DNA of 64,000 nucleotides, from NCBI GenBank assembly GCA_000182565.2, contig KQ257453.1; one strand, 5' to 3'. Positions 45,901 through 61,242 of this stretch are shown one piece after another. This stretch comes from Spizellomyces punctatus DAOM BR117. Its lineage: Eukaryota. The notes beneath the pieces were generated by a model that was given only the letters and a program-made list of their open reading frames with translations, made no database searches and was not told the DNA's origin. The stretch's first letter is position 1. Every line of letters starts with the position of its first letter. The position numbers and the translations under genes were made by a program.

Positions 45901-46802
45901 GCTAATAACGGCCGAGATGCGGGCAAAAATTGCAGAGAGTTTCAGAACGACTCGAGGGTTGGGAGCTGACGGCACTCTTCTACAAGGCAGCGGCAAAATG
46001 ATGCCAGTCTTATGGGTAGCGACAGAGCGTGATGCTGAAGGTCAATGGTGGGCCTCAGAGAAGCCGAGCATAGTGGTGGTAGAGAGAATTAAGCGACTGG
46101 CGGCAGCTGGGCTCAACTACATGGAGTCATTGGTGAAGAGCTCGGGTAGTGAAAAGGCCTTGTCGGTACGTATGCAGGAATCCTTAACAGCATCCAATGG
46201 CCATTGTATTTTACTAACTGTTTGTTTCTGACAGAAAATATTCCTTGCAGCACCAAAAGGATATGATCTGATCATCCGATTAGATCCTTCCAAACTTCCG
46301 CGCTTTCGTGAAAGTCTTTCGTATGATCCAGAGATTCTTGCGGAGACGATGCCAAAGTACAAAAATTTGATGATGGTCAAGGATCGGGAGCTCGCATTGC
46401 TTTCCGAGATAGATCCTGTACAGTGGTACTTGGACGAGTTGCAAGCCGCCTTTGGTCACGTCGCGCTCTTCTTTCACGACAAGTACGGAGGCGATGCAAT
46501 TGGTGTTGTATGGAATCCCAAAACTGTCGTCCCCCATCCCTGGAGGGTCAACTTAAGCTTCAATGTTGAGCCCATACTAGATCAGTCCGCGAATGTGGGT
46601 GAAACGTTTGCTCTTGCCAGTTCATATGCAACCATTTATTAATAGGCTTTCTGCGACTTCACAGGGAGCCCCAGTTAAAGGCAAGAAACAGGGAAAGAAG
46701 CATTGGACCGTGAAACCCAATTTCCTTGCAATGATGGCGGAAATGGAAAGGCTAGGAGGAGAGTTGGTAGCTGGCGTAGACGTATTCACCCATTTGGCAT
46801 AA
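42914..46802 (+). CDS. UTP22: U3 snoRNP protein Utp22/NOL6 (Nrap family)
   Basis: LFKSNLFKLQ, VVGSYLLKT, VDLAVQMP..LFQEKD..NYRYFYKRA, WGEKSELRRFKDGSI, FESSGRWPDDLAAI. Confidence 0.95.
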
Positions 46803-46963
46803 TGCTGTATGTGACAAGTATATATAGTTGGCAAAGTGCCATGTGCGCTTTTAGGAGCTAAGAAGTGGATAGACAAAGCATGTACAGAAAAGAGAATTCA
46901 TCTCACCAACCACACCTAGACTAAAGACACGGAGGTGATCTTGGCGCTGTGAAACGGGTACAT

Positions 46964-48038
46964 TTATTTAAACTCGCGGAAGAGACGTAGCTTGCGCAAT
47001 GTGACGGATAAGGATCCAGATTCGTCAAAATCCAAACCCTATGATGCTGGCTGTGAGCGAACTACGTAGTGACAGGGAGACTCGTGAATCCATCTACCAA
47101 CCTCATTTTTGAGAAGGATTTGCTTCTTGTTGATATTGGATCCGTTGCCCCATTGTCTAACGTGAAGAATTTGAATGTGCTAATCAATATAGTAATTGTG
47201 TATACACAATACCCACCCAAAAAAGCCTCCTATGAAATGGTTCGATGCCAAAACTCGGTGACAAGGCACTGTCTATCAGAATGTGTGAAGACCAATACAT
47301 GCGAATCGCCGACATGTTGCGTGCATCCTTACTGGAGCAAAAGGATTATTTTTGAGTGCCTGCCCCACTAAAGAATACCATCAAAGTCAGTACCGGTTTG
47401 GGATTAGTCAATCAATGGAACCTAGCCTACCTGCCCGCGGGGAGCTTTTAAGATAGTCACTGATTTCCTTGTACGTGGAATAATATCCTGTATGGTGAGC
47501 ATACGATAGTCAGCTTGATGCAATCAATGCTATCGACGAGGTTTGATCAATAACCTTCAGGAATCTAAGGTTTCAACAACATAGTGAGTTAACAGGCATA
47601 CTGACCCAAGTAGTCACCAACGCACCCACCTGTGAGCAGAGGTCGTATACTGACGGAACCACAAGAGAAACTCAACGTTAAGCTCATTGTGCACTAAGTC
47701 ATACAGTATGTAATTTGCTGAGTGGTAAACTACCTCTGTACTGAAAGGGTGTAATTGGCCGGCCGCTTTTGTGTCGGCGCAAACGTCTCTCGGCTGTCAA
47801 CAGAAGCAAGGTCAAGTATTTTACGGCCAACTACCTGTCATTCACACTAATTACCAATAGTTGTGGGAAATGTGGGGACCTTTTCCGCCTTCATTTTGAA
47901 TCTCTTGCTGAAATGTTGCGAGGATCTGGGCAATGCCAGTCGTCGGAAGGTTTCGTTGAAGGCTTTTGTGACTTGACCACGTTCGGAGCGAGTCCATGGT
48001 ACCGGAGCTCTTGGTTCCCGGTATGTGGTATCGGACAT
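46964..48038 (-). CDS. MGT1: O6-methylguanine-DNA methyltransferase, heavily fragmented by introns; start uncertain
   Basis: Splices to ...ITPFQYRVYDLCSQIPEGYYSTYKEISDYLKSSPRAVGQALKNNPFAPTVPCHRVLASNHFIGGFFG.QWG...KKQILLKNEGLDF...REFK*. Active-site PCHR at 47255-47266. Confidence 0.88.
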
Positions 48039-48306
48039 GTTCGGACTTCAAAGGCGTCCGTTCACCCGTTCTCTTCGACCTGGACCAATTCGCGAACAGC
48101 TTTTCGTAACAACGAGAGGAAGCTAACTTGTGTGTAGGCTCTTTGTACTCCGAAAACCAATTGCGGACGCTGGGCTCTGCTTTGAGGTCTCGCGCAACCG
48201 GGCATCGTCTTTGACCGTCGCGCAATAAGCATCGGTGTCCTCTCAAGAACTTTTGACTGTTCAACACATTCCATTCCGCAAAGCATTACATTGTCTCCAC
48301 ACAGAC

Positions 48307-51300
48307 ATGTACATAGAAGAGTTGATTATTGAGGGGTTCAAATCATATGCAACTCGAACAATAATTAGTGGCTGGGATCGCGAGTTTAACGCTATAACTG
48401 GACTGAACGGCTCTGGAAAATCCAATATTCTGGACTCAATATGCTTTGTATTGGGAATATCTACGCTTTCTCATGTTGGTATAGCGTCTGTGGCTGCTGC
48501 TTGCATATTTTCGAACTAGTCATCTTTAATACCGACACTGTCTAGGTGCGAGCCAACAACCTGCAAGATTTGGTGTACAAACGTGGCCAGGCGGGTATCA
48601 CCAAAGCCTCTGTGACGATTGTATTCAACAATGAGGATCGCGAGAGAAGTCCTCCTGGATACGAGAATCATAAACAAATATCCGTTACGCGACAGGTGTC
48701 GTTCTGATGGCCAATCTGCACTCGCGATCACGTACATGATGATCTTATATGTAATCTTGTAGATCGTGGTCAATGGGCGTAACAAATACATTGTCAATGG
48801 TCACAACAAAAACCAGCAGGACGTAGCGAATATGTTTCAATCCGTCCAACTGAATGTCAACAATCCCCACTTCCTGATTATGCAAGGACGAATCACGAAG
48901 GTGCTTAATATGAAGCCACCTGAAATTCTTGCGATGATTGAGGAAGCTGCGGGGACCAGAATGTTTGAGGATCGGAAGGAAAAGGCGTTCAAGACTATGA
49001 GCAAAAAGGATGCAAAGCTTGAAGAGATCAATACGGTTGGTGCACATGCTGTGTGAAGGGTGATATACTATCGGGAAGACTGTTGACTGAAATCTTTGTG
49101 GGTAGTTACTGGAAACGGAGATTGGGCCAAAACTGGAGAAATTGCGCGAATCGAAACGAACCTTTCTGGAGTACCAGAAAATGGCGGCTGACCTAGATCA
49201 GCTACGCCGTTTGCTTATAGCCCATGACTATGTGAAATACCAGGTAGGTCCGGCGATTACTCTTCCGCCCAATACAATCCGCCGAGTACTTATGGGTGTG
49301 GCCGACCGATTCAGACCAAGCTCGAGACATCGGGTCAAGATTTGGAAGAAAAAAAAGATCGAATTGTTACTCTAGAGCAAATGCAAGGTGTCCTGGCACA
49401 GGATATGGAAGATATTGATGATAAGATAGCTGAAATTGTGGCGGAAAGGGAGAAGGTGAGTGCATTTTACCTGTCAGTAAGTGGCTCGAATTGATATTCA
49501 AGTCCTTCCGTAATCTCTCATAATGCAAGGATTCAGCCCAGCTGACTAAACTGGAAAGCACCTTTAAAGAATACGCCAAGGAGCTCGTCAAAGTCCAAAC
49601 CCAGTGTAAACTCAAAGAGGACACCATTGCCGACGAGCAGAAGAACAAAAATTCCCTGCTCAAAGAAAAAACGGAGGTACCAATCTTGTATAAAACACGG
49701 AAACCTTATCCTGAACGATGCCTTATGACACCCTTTCCACACACAGACCGAGCAAGCTTTGTTAGACGGGAAGGCAAAGTATGAAAAGCTTACGGCGGAC
49801 TTTGAGTCGACCATGAAAGAGCATGAGGAAAAGGCTGAGAGCATTCGTAAGCTGGAGGATCTGATTCAGACGCTTTCTACTGGACTAGCAGCGAAGGAAG
49901 GTCAGGAGAATGGATATCAGACTCAGCTGCAAGGTGCGTTATGGGTCATTGATGCCGCATACCCCAACACGGATTTGACCTACGGACATTCAATGAACAG
50001 ATGCCAATAAGGCTGTGAGCACAGCCGCGTCAGAAGCTGAGCAAGCGAAACTGAAGATCACTCATTTGAAGAAAGAGCTGCAGGAAAAACTGCCAAAGGC
50101 CAAGGCAGCGGAAAAACAGAATAGCTCCCTTTTGGCGGAAGTCAAGGCGAACAAAAATGTTACTGAGATGCTACAGGTATATGATGCTCTTAGAATCGGT
50201 TATAATAACCGACATATAACTTTAGTTTCGTGATGTAGAGCCAACTCAACGATCTTTCCTGGAACCCTGATCGAGAGATGGAACTTTTACGGCAGAAGCA
50301 AGTCAGCCAAAGTGCAGTAAACGACCTACGAGAGGTACATTCGTGCGAGGTTGCAATACCTGCTGTCCGATCAAGATTTTTAATATTCCAACGGTTTAGC
50401 GCATTGACGGGCTTGAACGGGAGCTTTCTGCATTCCAATTTGACTATACGGATCCCGCTCCCAACTTCGATCGCCGAAAAGTCAAAGGACTTGTCGCCGA
50501 ACTTGTGACAATATCAAAGGAAAACTTTGATTCCGCTACAGCCTTGGAGATCTGCGCTGGAGGGAAATTGTATAATGTACGTTGGCTATGGCTGGCTTTA
50601 TCAGCCGCGATATCCTTTAAATGGCTTGTTTGTATTTGTAGGTGGTGGTGGAGTCAGAAATTGTCGGTACACAACTGCTTCAAAAAGGTCGACTTAAGCG
50701 ACGGGTCACCATCATCCCCTTAAATAAGATCTCTGCGTTCAAGATACAGGCTGAGGTTCGTAAGGTCGAAAATAAAAAACGTTGTTTAACAAAAGCTAAT
50801 TTCCATATGGACTCTTAGCGGCTCGCCACTGCCAAAAGATTGGCCCCTGGAAAGGTTGATCTGGCACTCAACCTTGTGGGATACGATGATGAAGTTGAAG
50901 CCGCTATGAACTATGTTTTCGGATCAGCTTTGGTCTGCAAAGGTACAAATATTTCATTGTTATTTTCATGCTTCCCTTAGTTTAATCAAAAAACGCGCTT
51001 CGCAGATGCGGACACTGCCAAGCGTGTGACGTTTGATAAAGGTGTCCGTATGCGCTCGATCACCCTGGAAGGTGATACATACGACCCTTCAGGACAACTT
51101 TCAGGAGGTTCAAAACCCAACTCTGCAGGAGTATTGCTTAAACTTGGCACCCTGAAAGACCTTCGAAAGAAACTTGCGGATATGGAAAACGGGTTGAAGG
51201 AAGTCGTTCGGGAGTACGAGGGGTATCAGCGGACGGCAAGCCACTACCAAGGCCTGAAGCAAAAACTGGATTTGAAGCTACACGAGGGCCGTCTATTGGA

Positions 51301-53312
51301 AGAGCGTCTGAATACCAATGCTAGTGCCCAGGTACACATGGGACTTTGCACATTTGGATCTTTATCAAGATCTGACGTCCCTCTACAGATAATACAACAC
51401 GTTGAAAGCTTGAGAAAACAGCTGCAAGAGCAAGAAACGCTACGACATGAGTGTTTGGAAAGGAAGGCAGCAGCCCAGGAAAGACGTACTCACATTGAGC
51501 AAGAGATGAAGGAGTTCTCTGCTCACCGCGAGGATAAGCTGAAATCATTACAGGTACTATTTCTAAAGGGCATCACAGATGCGCATAATTACTGGGATGT
51601 GCACTTATTATGTTGGCCTTTGTAGAAAGAGCTTGCCACCGGCAAGGCACAGTTAGCCAAAGCTGCTCCTGAAATCAAAAAGGTACAGCAACAGATAGAT
51701 CTTTCAAAGGAAGAAGCAGGTAAGCCATTTTCTCTTGGCCGAGAATTACAAAATACTTGTCGCTGAACGAGAGTTTTAGCGCAACTTGAAAAAGAGATTG
51801 TTCAGCTGGAGCATCAAATTCGCCAAGTGGAAAAGGTTATCGACGATTATGTCAATGAGGAGCGAGTGCTGAAGGATACATTAGCAGAAATTAAGGTAAG
51901 GCTCACATTGATGCACCAGCCCAAAATCGAGAGATCGCAGGCAGCTAAAAGATTTTCAGCGCTCCTACGATACAGCAGAATATGCGCTTGAGCATGAGCG
52001 CCAGGCACTGTCCGCCTTTGATGTAGAAACCAAAGAGCTAGAAACGCAAAAAAAGGAAAAGAAGCAGCTACTGGAGGATTGTAAACTTGAAGTGCAGAAG
52101 TTGAAACATGAGCTGGAAAAGTTCCATTCTGAACGAGAGCATGCAAATCGAAGAGTTAAAGAACTCGTCCAGAATCATCCATGGATACCCGATCAACAGC
52201 AGTACGTTCGATTCGGGGGTCGCAGACGGGTTGGAAATCGTGGTACTAAGGTTGTATACTCCACAGATTATTCGGCAAACCTGGAACGGGCTATGATTTC
52301 GCAAAGCAGGATCTTGGGGAAGTCAGGAAACGTGTGAACCAACTTGAAGAACGGCACAAGATGTTGGAACGCAAGCTTGATCAGCATGTTATGGACAAAT
52401 ATGACCGGTAATAGTTATCCATATTCTAAGATCGGCATGAAGAGCGCTTTCTCAATCTCGGTTATACACAGCGTTGAAAAGAAGGAAACTCAATTGAAGC
52501 AAATGCTGGCCACTGTGAAAAGAGACAAGAGAAAAATTCAGGAAACAATCGGCGAGTTGGACAAGTACAAGCGGGAAGCGTTGCGCAAGACCTGGGAGAA
52601 AGTAAATGTGTAAGTAACAAAGTTCATTTGTGTGGGCAATTGCAACAGGTGGCACTCACGACTTGATCATCATATAGAGATTTCGGGGCCATCTTTGGTG
52701 ATCTATTGCCTGGTAATTCGTCCAAGCTCGAGCCACCAGAAGGTCAGGATATTACCGAAGGGCTTGAAGTCAAGGTGGCATTGGGTGGGGTGTGGAAACA
52801 AAGTCTGACAGAACTCAGCGGAGGACAAAGGTCTGTGCGCATCAACATTGTACAATAACGAGCATTCCGTCTAACTGATATATCTCTTTTTAGATCGCTC
52901 ATTGCGCTCTCCTTGATTCTCTCGCTTCTCCAGTACAAACCAGCGCCCATGTACATTTTGGACGAAGTCGACTCGGCGCTGGATCTATCACATACACAAA
53001 ATATTGGACAACTTATTCGCACGCGATTTAATGGCTCCCAATTTATTATTGTATCTCTCAAAGATGGCATGTTCAATAACGCAAACGTGCTTTTCAAGAC
53101 CAAGTTTAGGGATGGGGTATCTACAGTTGAGGTACGCAAGTAGCGTTTTGAGTAGCTGTGTGGCATTTGTCCTTTGTACTGATGCAGCTTTCTGGTAGCG
53201 TATTGCCCAAAGAGATAAGGAACGATCTGCGGCCACATCGACGGCTGGCAAAAAGGGCCGAGTGGTCGGCGTGGTTCGTGGTGGAGTTATGACACCTAGA
53301 CGGATGAATTGA
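48307..53312 (+). CDS. SMC2: Condensin subunit SMC2
   Basis: [24 protein letters not shown] (Walker A), [14 protein letters not shown], hinge region, LSGGQRS signature, [11 protein letters not shown]. About 20 introns. Confidence 0.96.
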
Positions 53313-53747
53313 TAGTTTTGTTAATATTTTATATGCTGTGGATACCGTCAAACAAGACAGATATTGTTCCAGGTGCTTGTTCATCACGTATAAAAGCTGC
53401 CGTGATAAACTATTTACCTGTTCGGCGCTACTTTTGCCGGCCCAAATTTTGGAATGTCCTCTATATGTTTTGCATGCAAAGTATTGTTGGAAGTATACGG
53501 TACACAAGAAAGAAACGGTCCTTGTCTGAACATGCAAGGACTGCGAAATGACATTATCGATCTATCCCGTCTAGTTGTTATTGAAAGTTGCACTGCCATC
53601 TTGTAGGGCAATTCCAAACCAGTGCCATCTTATAAACGAACAAATATGAAGAATGGCTATTTGACAATAAAATTACATGTTGCATCCCAAAACAGTCGCC
53701 GCCCCAAAGTGTAACTATCACATTGAAAAATTAGGAGAGAAACGTAA

Positions 53748-55255
<1,508 letters not shown>

Positions 55256-55572
55256 GCTTTAATTGCTGTGGTTTGTCTTGCCAAAGCAAATGTGCGGTGA
55301 TGTTTTGGGTGATCTGCTGGCAGAAATCGACGACTTTTGGTCCAAAATGCTGAGGTGAACAAAAGCAACTCAGGATCGAACCAAAAAAAATAATGGTTTG
55401 ATATTGACCTCATTGGCTGAAATCAGACGGCCTTTTGGCGATTACGGGTGGAACGATTGCGCTGTTTAAATAAATGTATAATAAAATGGTACAGGAATCT
55501 TCGAAAGAAATGCTACAATGAAAAGTATGCTCATTGCCCGAACAAGTTCTGCGCAATCATCTGCATTCCTCC

Positions 55573-55984
55573 CTAGATTTCCATATCAAAGAGATCATCC
55601 TTATCCTCCTTCTTTGATGGTTCTGGCTTTTCTACCTTCTTTTCTACTCTTTTGGGTGCCTCCTTCGGTCGCGGAACGTTTGTTACGCCAGGGATATACG
55701 CAAGCCCCTTTGGAGGTGTCTGCGCTAGCGGAGAGCGAGACAGATTCAATAGAGCATCTTTTGTATAAATGATACGAGTTCCTGTTTTTATTCCAAAAGC
55801 GTCAGATATTTGCTTTATGACATGCACAACACAATCAACGGCATCCCATACCACCGGGCGTTGTTCCAAATATGGTTCCACCGGGGGTTGTTCCGAAATC
55901 ATGAGGAGGTTTTTCACCAGGGCCGGCACGACGGACAGCAACAGGTGCAGAAGGTGACGGAGTAAGGAAATGCTTCGAGGACAT
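55573..55984 (-). CDS. eIF4E-binding protein (animal-type 4E-BP), 113 aa
   Basis: Exons 55984-55852 and 55781-55573 give ...[40 protein letters not shown]...DDLFDMEI*, with YxxxxLL motif, four S/T-P sites and a C-terminal TOS-like motif. Confidence 0.93.
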
Positions 55985-56338
55985 TATGGCGGAGATTGGC
56001 ACAATACAAAGAACAACGGGGGTATCCCAGCGACTAGTATAACGTTCACGACGACGACGACGGGAGGAGGCAAGAACGTTCGTGGCTGTCCGGCGGTCTT
56101 GTTCGGATTGGCTGCTTACTGCAAAAACACAAAGTTTGCTGCTGGGGCAAAAAGTCTGAAGTTCAGTTATTTACAAGTCACTTGACCTGCCATTTGATTG
56201 ATCATCTGACATTGGAGTGCATTCGATTCCATTATCTCTGATGACTCATCAGTCGGGCAAATGCTGTAGTGGCAATTGAACAGCTTTCCTCCCCATTTAC
56301 ACCTTCCAAGCACCATCCATTTCATAAACATTTCAAGC

Positions 56339-59300
56339 ATGCCAGGCATTCGTATCTGTATCGACCGCGGTGGTACGTTTACAGACTGTATTGCCTTTGT
56401 ACCGTCTGCCTCGGAGTCTTTAGGATACAAGACTATCGTCGTGAAGCTGTTGAGTGTGGACCCACAAAACTATCAAGATGCCCCAAGAGAGGGCATCAGG
56501 AGAATATTGGAAATTGCAACCGGAAAGCCCCATCCTCGAAATGTACCGGTTGACACATCACAGATCGATCTCATTCGCATGGGCACAACGGTCGCAACAA
56601 ATGCACTGCTTGAGCGCAAGGGCGAACCTTGTGCTCTTGTAATTACAAAAGGATTCAAAGATCTACTGCACATTGGAAACCAATCGCGTCCAAAGATCTT
56701 TGATTTGGCCATTCACGCACCAGACGTCTTGTATGAGCAAGTAGTAGAGGTTGATGAGCGAGTCACGCTTATCAATACCTCAGATTCGAAAGAAGGAAAT
56801 TCATCATTTCATAAAGGCGTTACGGGGGAGTGGGTACATGTGCTAAAAGAGCCTCCACTGGATGAGGTTGAGCAGGATCTCAAACTAGTGTACGATCGCG
56901 GCATCCGTAGTGTGGCCGTCTGCCTGATGCACTCTTATACATTCCCAAAACACGAAGAGCAAATTGCCGCTCTTTGTCGCAATATTGGATTTGAGAATGT
57001 GACCCTCTCCTCCGCCATCATGCCGATGGTGAAGATCGTGCCAAGAGGAACATCTGCGACAGCGGACGCGTATCTTACTCCATGCATTCAACGATATATA
57101 GAAGGGTTCTTCTCGGGTTTCGATGAGGGAATTAGAGATCCCACTAAAGTGAAGGTAGAATTCATGCAGTCCGATGGAGGTTTGGCCGCCGTTGATGATT
57201 TTAGCGGATTCCGGGCAATTCTAAGCGGACCAGCGGGTGGCGTTGTTGGTTATGCTCTGACGAGTTTCGTTGAATCCGGAAAGCCAGTCATCGGATTTGA
57301 TATGGGAGGTGAGCAGTGAAGGCTGTATTACTTTTACTTTCATATCGTATCTTATGGCTATGTGCAGGAACGAGCACAGATGTCTCCAGATTTGCTGGGC
57401 GATACGAGCATGTTTTTGAAACGACTACGGCAGGAGTTACAATCCAAGCACCGCAACTGGATATCAATACGGTATTTGTTCAAGAGAGATGTTACTGTAC
57501 TGGCATTCGATGAGTCGAACTGTCTTGATCTGTAGGTCGCCGCAGGGGGCGGGTCGCGGCTTTTCTTTAGGAACGGCTTATTTGTTGTGGGGTGAGTACC
57601 TGATCACTTTGCTACGGTAGTCTCGTAGCTCCGTTCCTTAGTATCATACTATTTTAGGCCTGAGAGTGCCGGTGCGGACCCGGGTCCAACGTGCTACCGT
57701 AAAGGCGGACCACTTACAATTACTGATGCAAACCTACTCCTTGGACGTCTCATTCCCGACTTCTTCCCTAAGATCTTTGGACCCACAGAGCGCGAACCAC
57801 TGGACGTCAGCGCAACCAAAAAAGCCTTTGAGAGCTTAGCAGAGGACATCAATAAGTTTTTGGGCTCTGATAAGACGATGACGACAGCCGACATCGCCTA
57901 TGGGTTTGTGAAAGTAGCAAACGAAAGTATGTGTAGACCCATTAGAGCGCTCACTCAGGCCAAGGGCTACGATACGGCAGATCATATTTTGGCATGCTTT
58001 GGTGGCGCGGTACGTAATGAGGTGCGCACACAGGTGAGAGCATGCAGCTAATTATCAAAAATGTCACTAGGGTGGTCAGCACGCATGCGCCATTGCCCGT
58101 TCATTGGGCATTGAAAGAATCTTGATTCACAAGTACTCTGCCATTCTCTCGGCTTATGGATTGTCTCTGGCAGATGTTGTTCATGAGGAACAGGAGCCGA
58201 GGTACGCTCCGCTCATAACTTGATCGTACAGAATCTGTTCTGTCTCCCTAACCTAATTACGGCAATTGCCAACCCGCCTCTTTGTAGTGCCCTAACCCTC
58301 AATGCAGATGCAATACCACATATTCAATCCCGTGTTGCCGCATTAACTGAGAGCTGTGTGGCCGTCCTTGAACGACAAGGTTTCACACGATCTCGCATTC
58401 AGCCTGAGATCTTCCTCAACTTGCGATACCAGGGAACTGACACTGCTTTGATGACGCTTAAACCTCCTCAGGAGGATAACTGGGATTTCGCAACCGGATT
58501 CGTTGAACAGTATCAGCAAGAGTTTGGGTTTACGCTCCCGGATCGCGATATTATAATTGATGACGTTCGGGTTCGTGGCATTGGAAGAAGTATAGAAGGG
58601 GATGATTTCCGCACTCGTGTGCACGAGGAACTTGAGACATTGGAAAGGCGCCCTGTTGATGCCAGTAAACGGGAGATGCAGCAGCCTGTCTATTGGGAAG
58701 GGGGCTACGTTGATACACCTGTTTACGTCCTAGAAAAGCTGGCTGTGGGTGATCAAGTGACTGGCCCTGCTTTGATCATTGACAAGAATGCAACCATTGC
58801 AGTAGAACCTACCTGTAAGGCCGTTATCACCAGTGAGCATGTTGTTGTGGATGTCGGCGGTCAAAGCAAGAAAACGCGATCTACAGAACTAGATCCGATC
58901 CGGTTGAGTATTTTCGCTCATCGATTCATGAGCATCGCCGAGCAAATGGGGCGAACGTTGCAGAAAACGGCGATTTCAACCAACATCAAGGAGCGATTGG
59001 ACTTCTCTTGTGCCTTATTTGGCCCCGACGGTGGGCTTGTAGCCAATGCACCGCATATTCCTGTGCACCTCGGTTCAATGCAGGAAGCTGTGCGATGGCA
59101 AATGGAGCATCTTAAAGGGGACCTGAAGGAAGGGGATGTGCTGCTGACCAACCATCCTCAGGCCGGAGGATCTCACTTACCAGACATCACTGTGATCACC
59201 CCTGTGTTCAACAAGGATAAGATTGAGTTTTTTGTCGCCAGCCGTGGACATCATGCCGACATTGGAGGTATTCGACCTGGATCCATGCCTCCAGATTCGA

Positions 59301-60883
59301 GGGAGCTTTATCAAGAGGGTGCAGCCGTCAAAAGCTTCAAACTGGTGCGTGATGGCAGATTTGATGAGGAAGGCATCACACGCATCCTACTAGAGGAACC
59401 AGCACAATACCCCGAATGTAGTGGCACTCGATGCCTACGGGACAACATATCTGATCTGAAAGCGCAGGTCGCTGCAAACCATAAGGGAATCACACTGGTG
59501 AAGGCGCTTATTGATGAATACGGCCTGGAAGTGGTGCAAGCTTATATGCACTATATTCGTCAAAATGCTGAGCTGTCTGTTCGAAATTTGTTGAAAACCG
59601 TTTATGAAGAGCACGGACCGCATCTGTCTGCTACCGATTGTATGGACGACGGCACGCCCATCTCGCTTTCGATTACCATTAAGCCAGATACCTACTCTGC
59701 AGTGTTTGATTTTACCGGAACTGGTCCTGAGCTCTACGGCAACACCAATGCCCCACGATCCGTGAGCTACTCAGCTATAATCTACTCGCTCAGATGTTTG
59801 GTCGCGCAGGACATGCCGTTGAATCAGGGTGCACTTAATCCTATTGAGGTTATCATACCTGAGGGGACGTTACTGTCTCCTGGGGACGGCGCGGCAGTTG
59901 TAGGAGGAAATGTGCTGACTAGTCAACGGGTTGTTGATGTGGTTTTGAAGGCATTTGGAGCCTGTGCTGCCAGTCAGGGTTGCTGCAATAACTTTACGTT
60001 TGGAAAAGGAGGGGACGACGGTTTTGGATATTATGAGACGATTGGTGAGTGACTTCTTTGCTGTGGATCTAGTCTCCGGTACTCGTCACCCCTGATTCTG
60101 ACTTTGTGTTCTGAACGTGGCTAGCTGGAGGAAGCGGTGCCGGGCCAACTTGGGATGGGCGAAGTAAGTAGCTGCACCAACTGGACGTCACTGTCGGTGA
60201 TTTTGATTTTTTTTTTTTTGCCTTCGTTAGGCGGTGTTCATACGCATATGACCAACACACGAATAACCGATCCCGAAATCCTCGAGCGTAGATATCCAGT
60301 CATTTTACGAGAGTTTGGGTTGCGTAAAGGTTCGGGAGGTAATGGCTTGCATAAAGGTGGAGACGGGGTTGTCAGAGATGTACGTGACGCTGCTATTTCT
60401 GTGTACAGGTAATGTATGTTAACATTCGTTTGCAGATTGAGTTTCTTGAACCACTTCATGTCTCTATGCTGTCCGAGCGGCGAGTCTTCCAGCCGTATGG
60501 GTAAGTGGCATTGTTTTCAATGTACGCATCAGCATAGTCTCTGACAGATGTTACCATGTAGCCTCAAAGGCGGGCATCCGGCTCTTACTGGTCGCAACAC
60601 GTTGATAAGAGCTAATGGACGTGCACTAAACTTTGGTGGTAAGAATGCTACAAAGGTGGACAAAGGAGATCGATTGAGGATTGAAACACCCGGTGGTGGA
60701 GGTGAGGAATGAAATCATTGTTTCTTCACGTCTACGATATGTTGACATGTGTTGGCATTTTCAGGATGGGGTGAGCCAACCGACCAGCCGAAACAAACTA
60801 TTAACAACATTGACAACAGTGTGCCATATAAAATGGGTGGAGGATCTTTGCAGAATTACGAAGCGGAACAGCAATCATTTTGA
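56339..60883 (+). CDS. OXP1: 5-oxoprolinase (ATP-hydrolysing)
   Basis: [59 protein letters not shown]. Several introns. Confidence 0.97.
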
Positions 60884-61127
60884 ACCGTCAAGGAAGGTTT
60901 GTACCATCATCTCGTGTAGAGCAATGCCCTCATGCAATATAGCACGTACGATAGACGTATAGGCATAGACGCGGAATAGAAAAGATCATGTTGGTTGCAA
61001 GACTTGTCAGAGTTATTCAGATTGCTTGTTTAGGTGCATGTGCCAAAACACACTACATGACATTACCATCCGCACTAGCAATCATGAAAATAAATAAAGA
61101 GTTTTGTTTATATTGGGCCCGCGACAG

Positions 61128-61144
61128 TGACGTCATATGAGTAA
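61128..61144 (+). promoter_or_regulatory. CRE palindrome TGACGTCA next to TGAGTAA (bZIP-type sites)
   Basis: Perfect TGACGTCA at 61128-61135 and TGAGTAA at 61138-61144, ~100 bp upstream of ATG 61243. Confidence 0.4.
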
Positions 61145-61242
61145 GCCCCGACATCCACCCAAAGTGCCCGTCCGCGTTCACTCTTGTTCTTTGTCGTTTC
61201 AAACTCTACTTGCACTAATAATTCTCATTTTATCAAACAATC

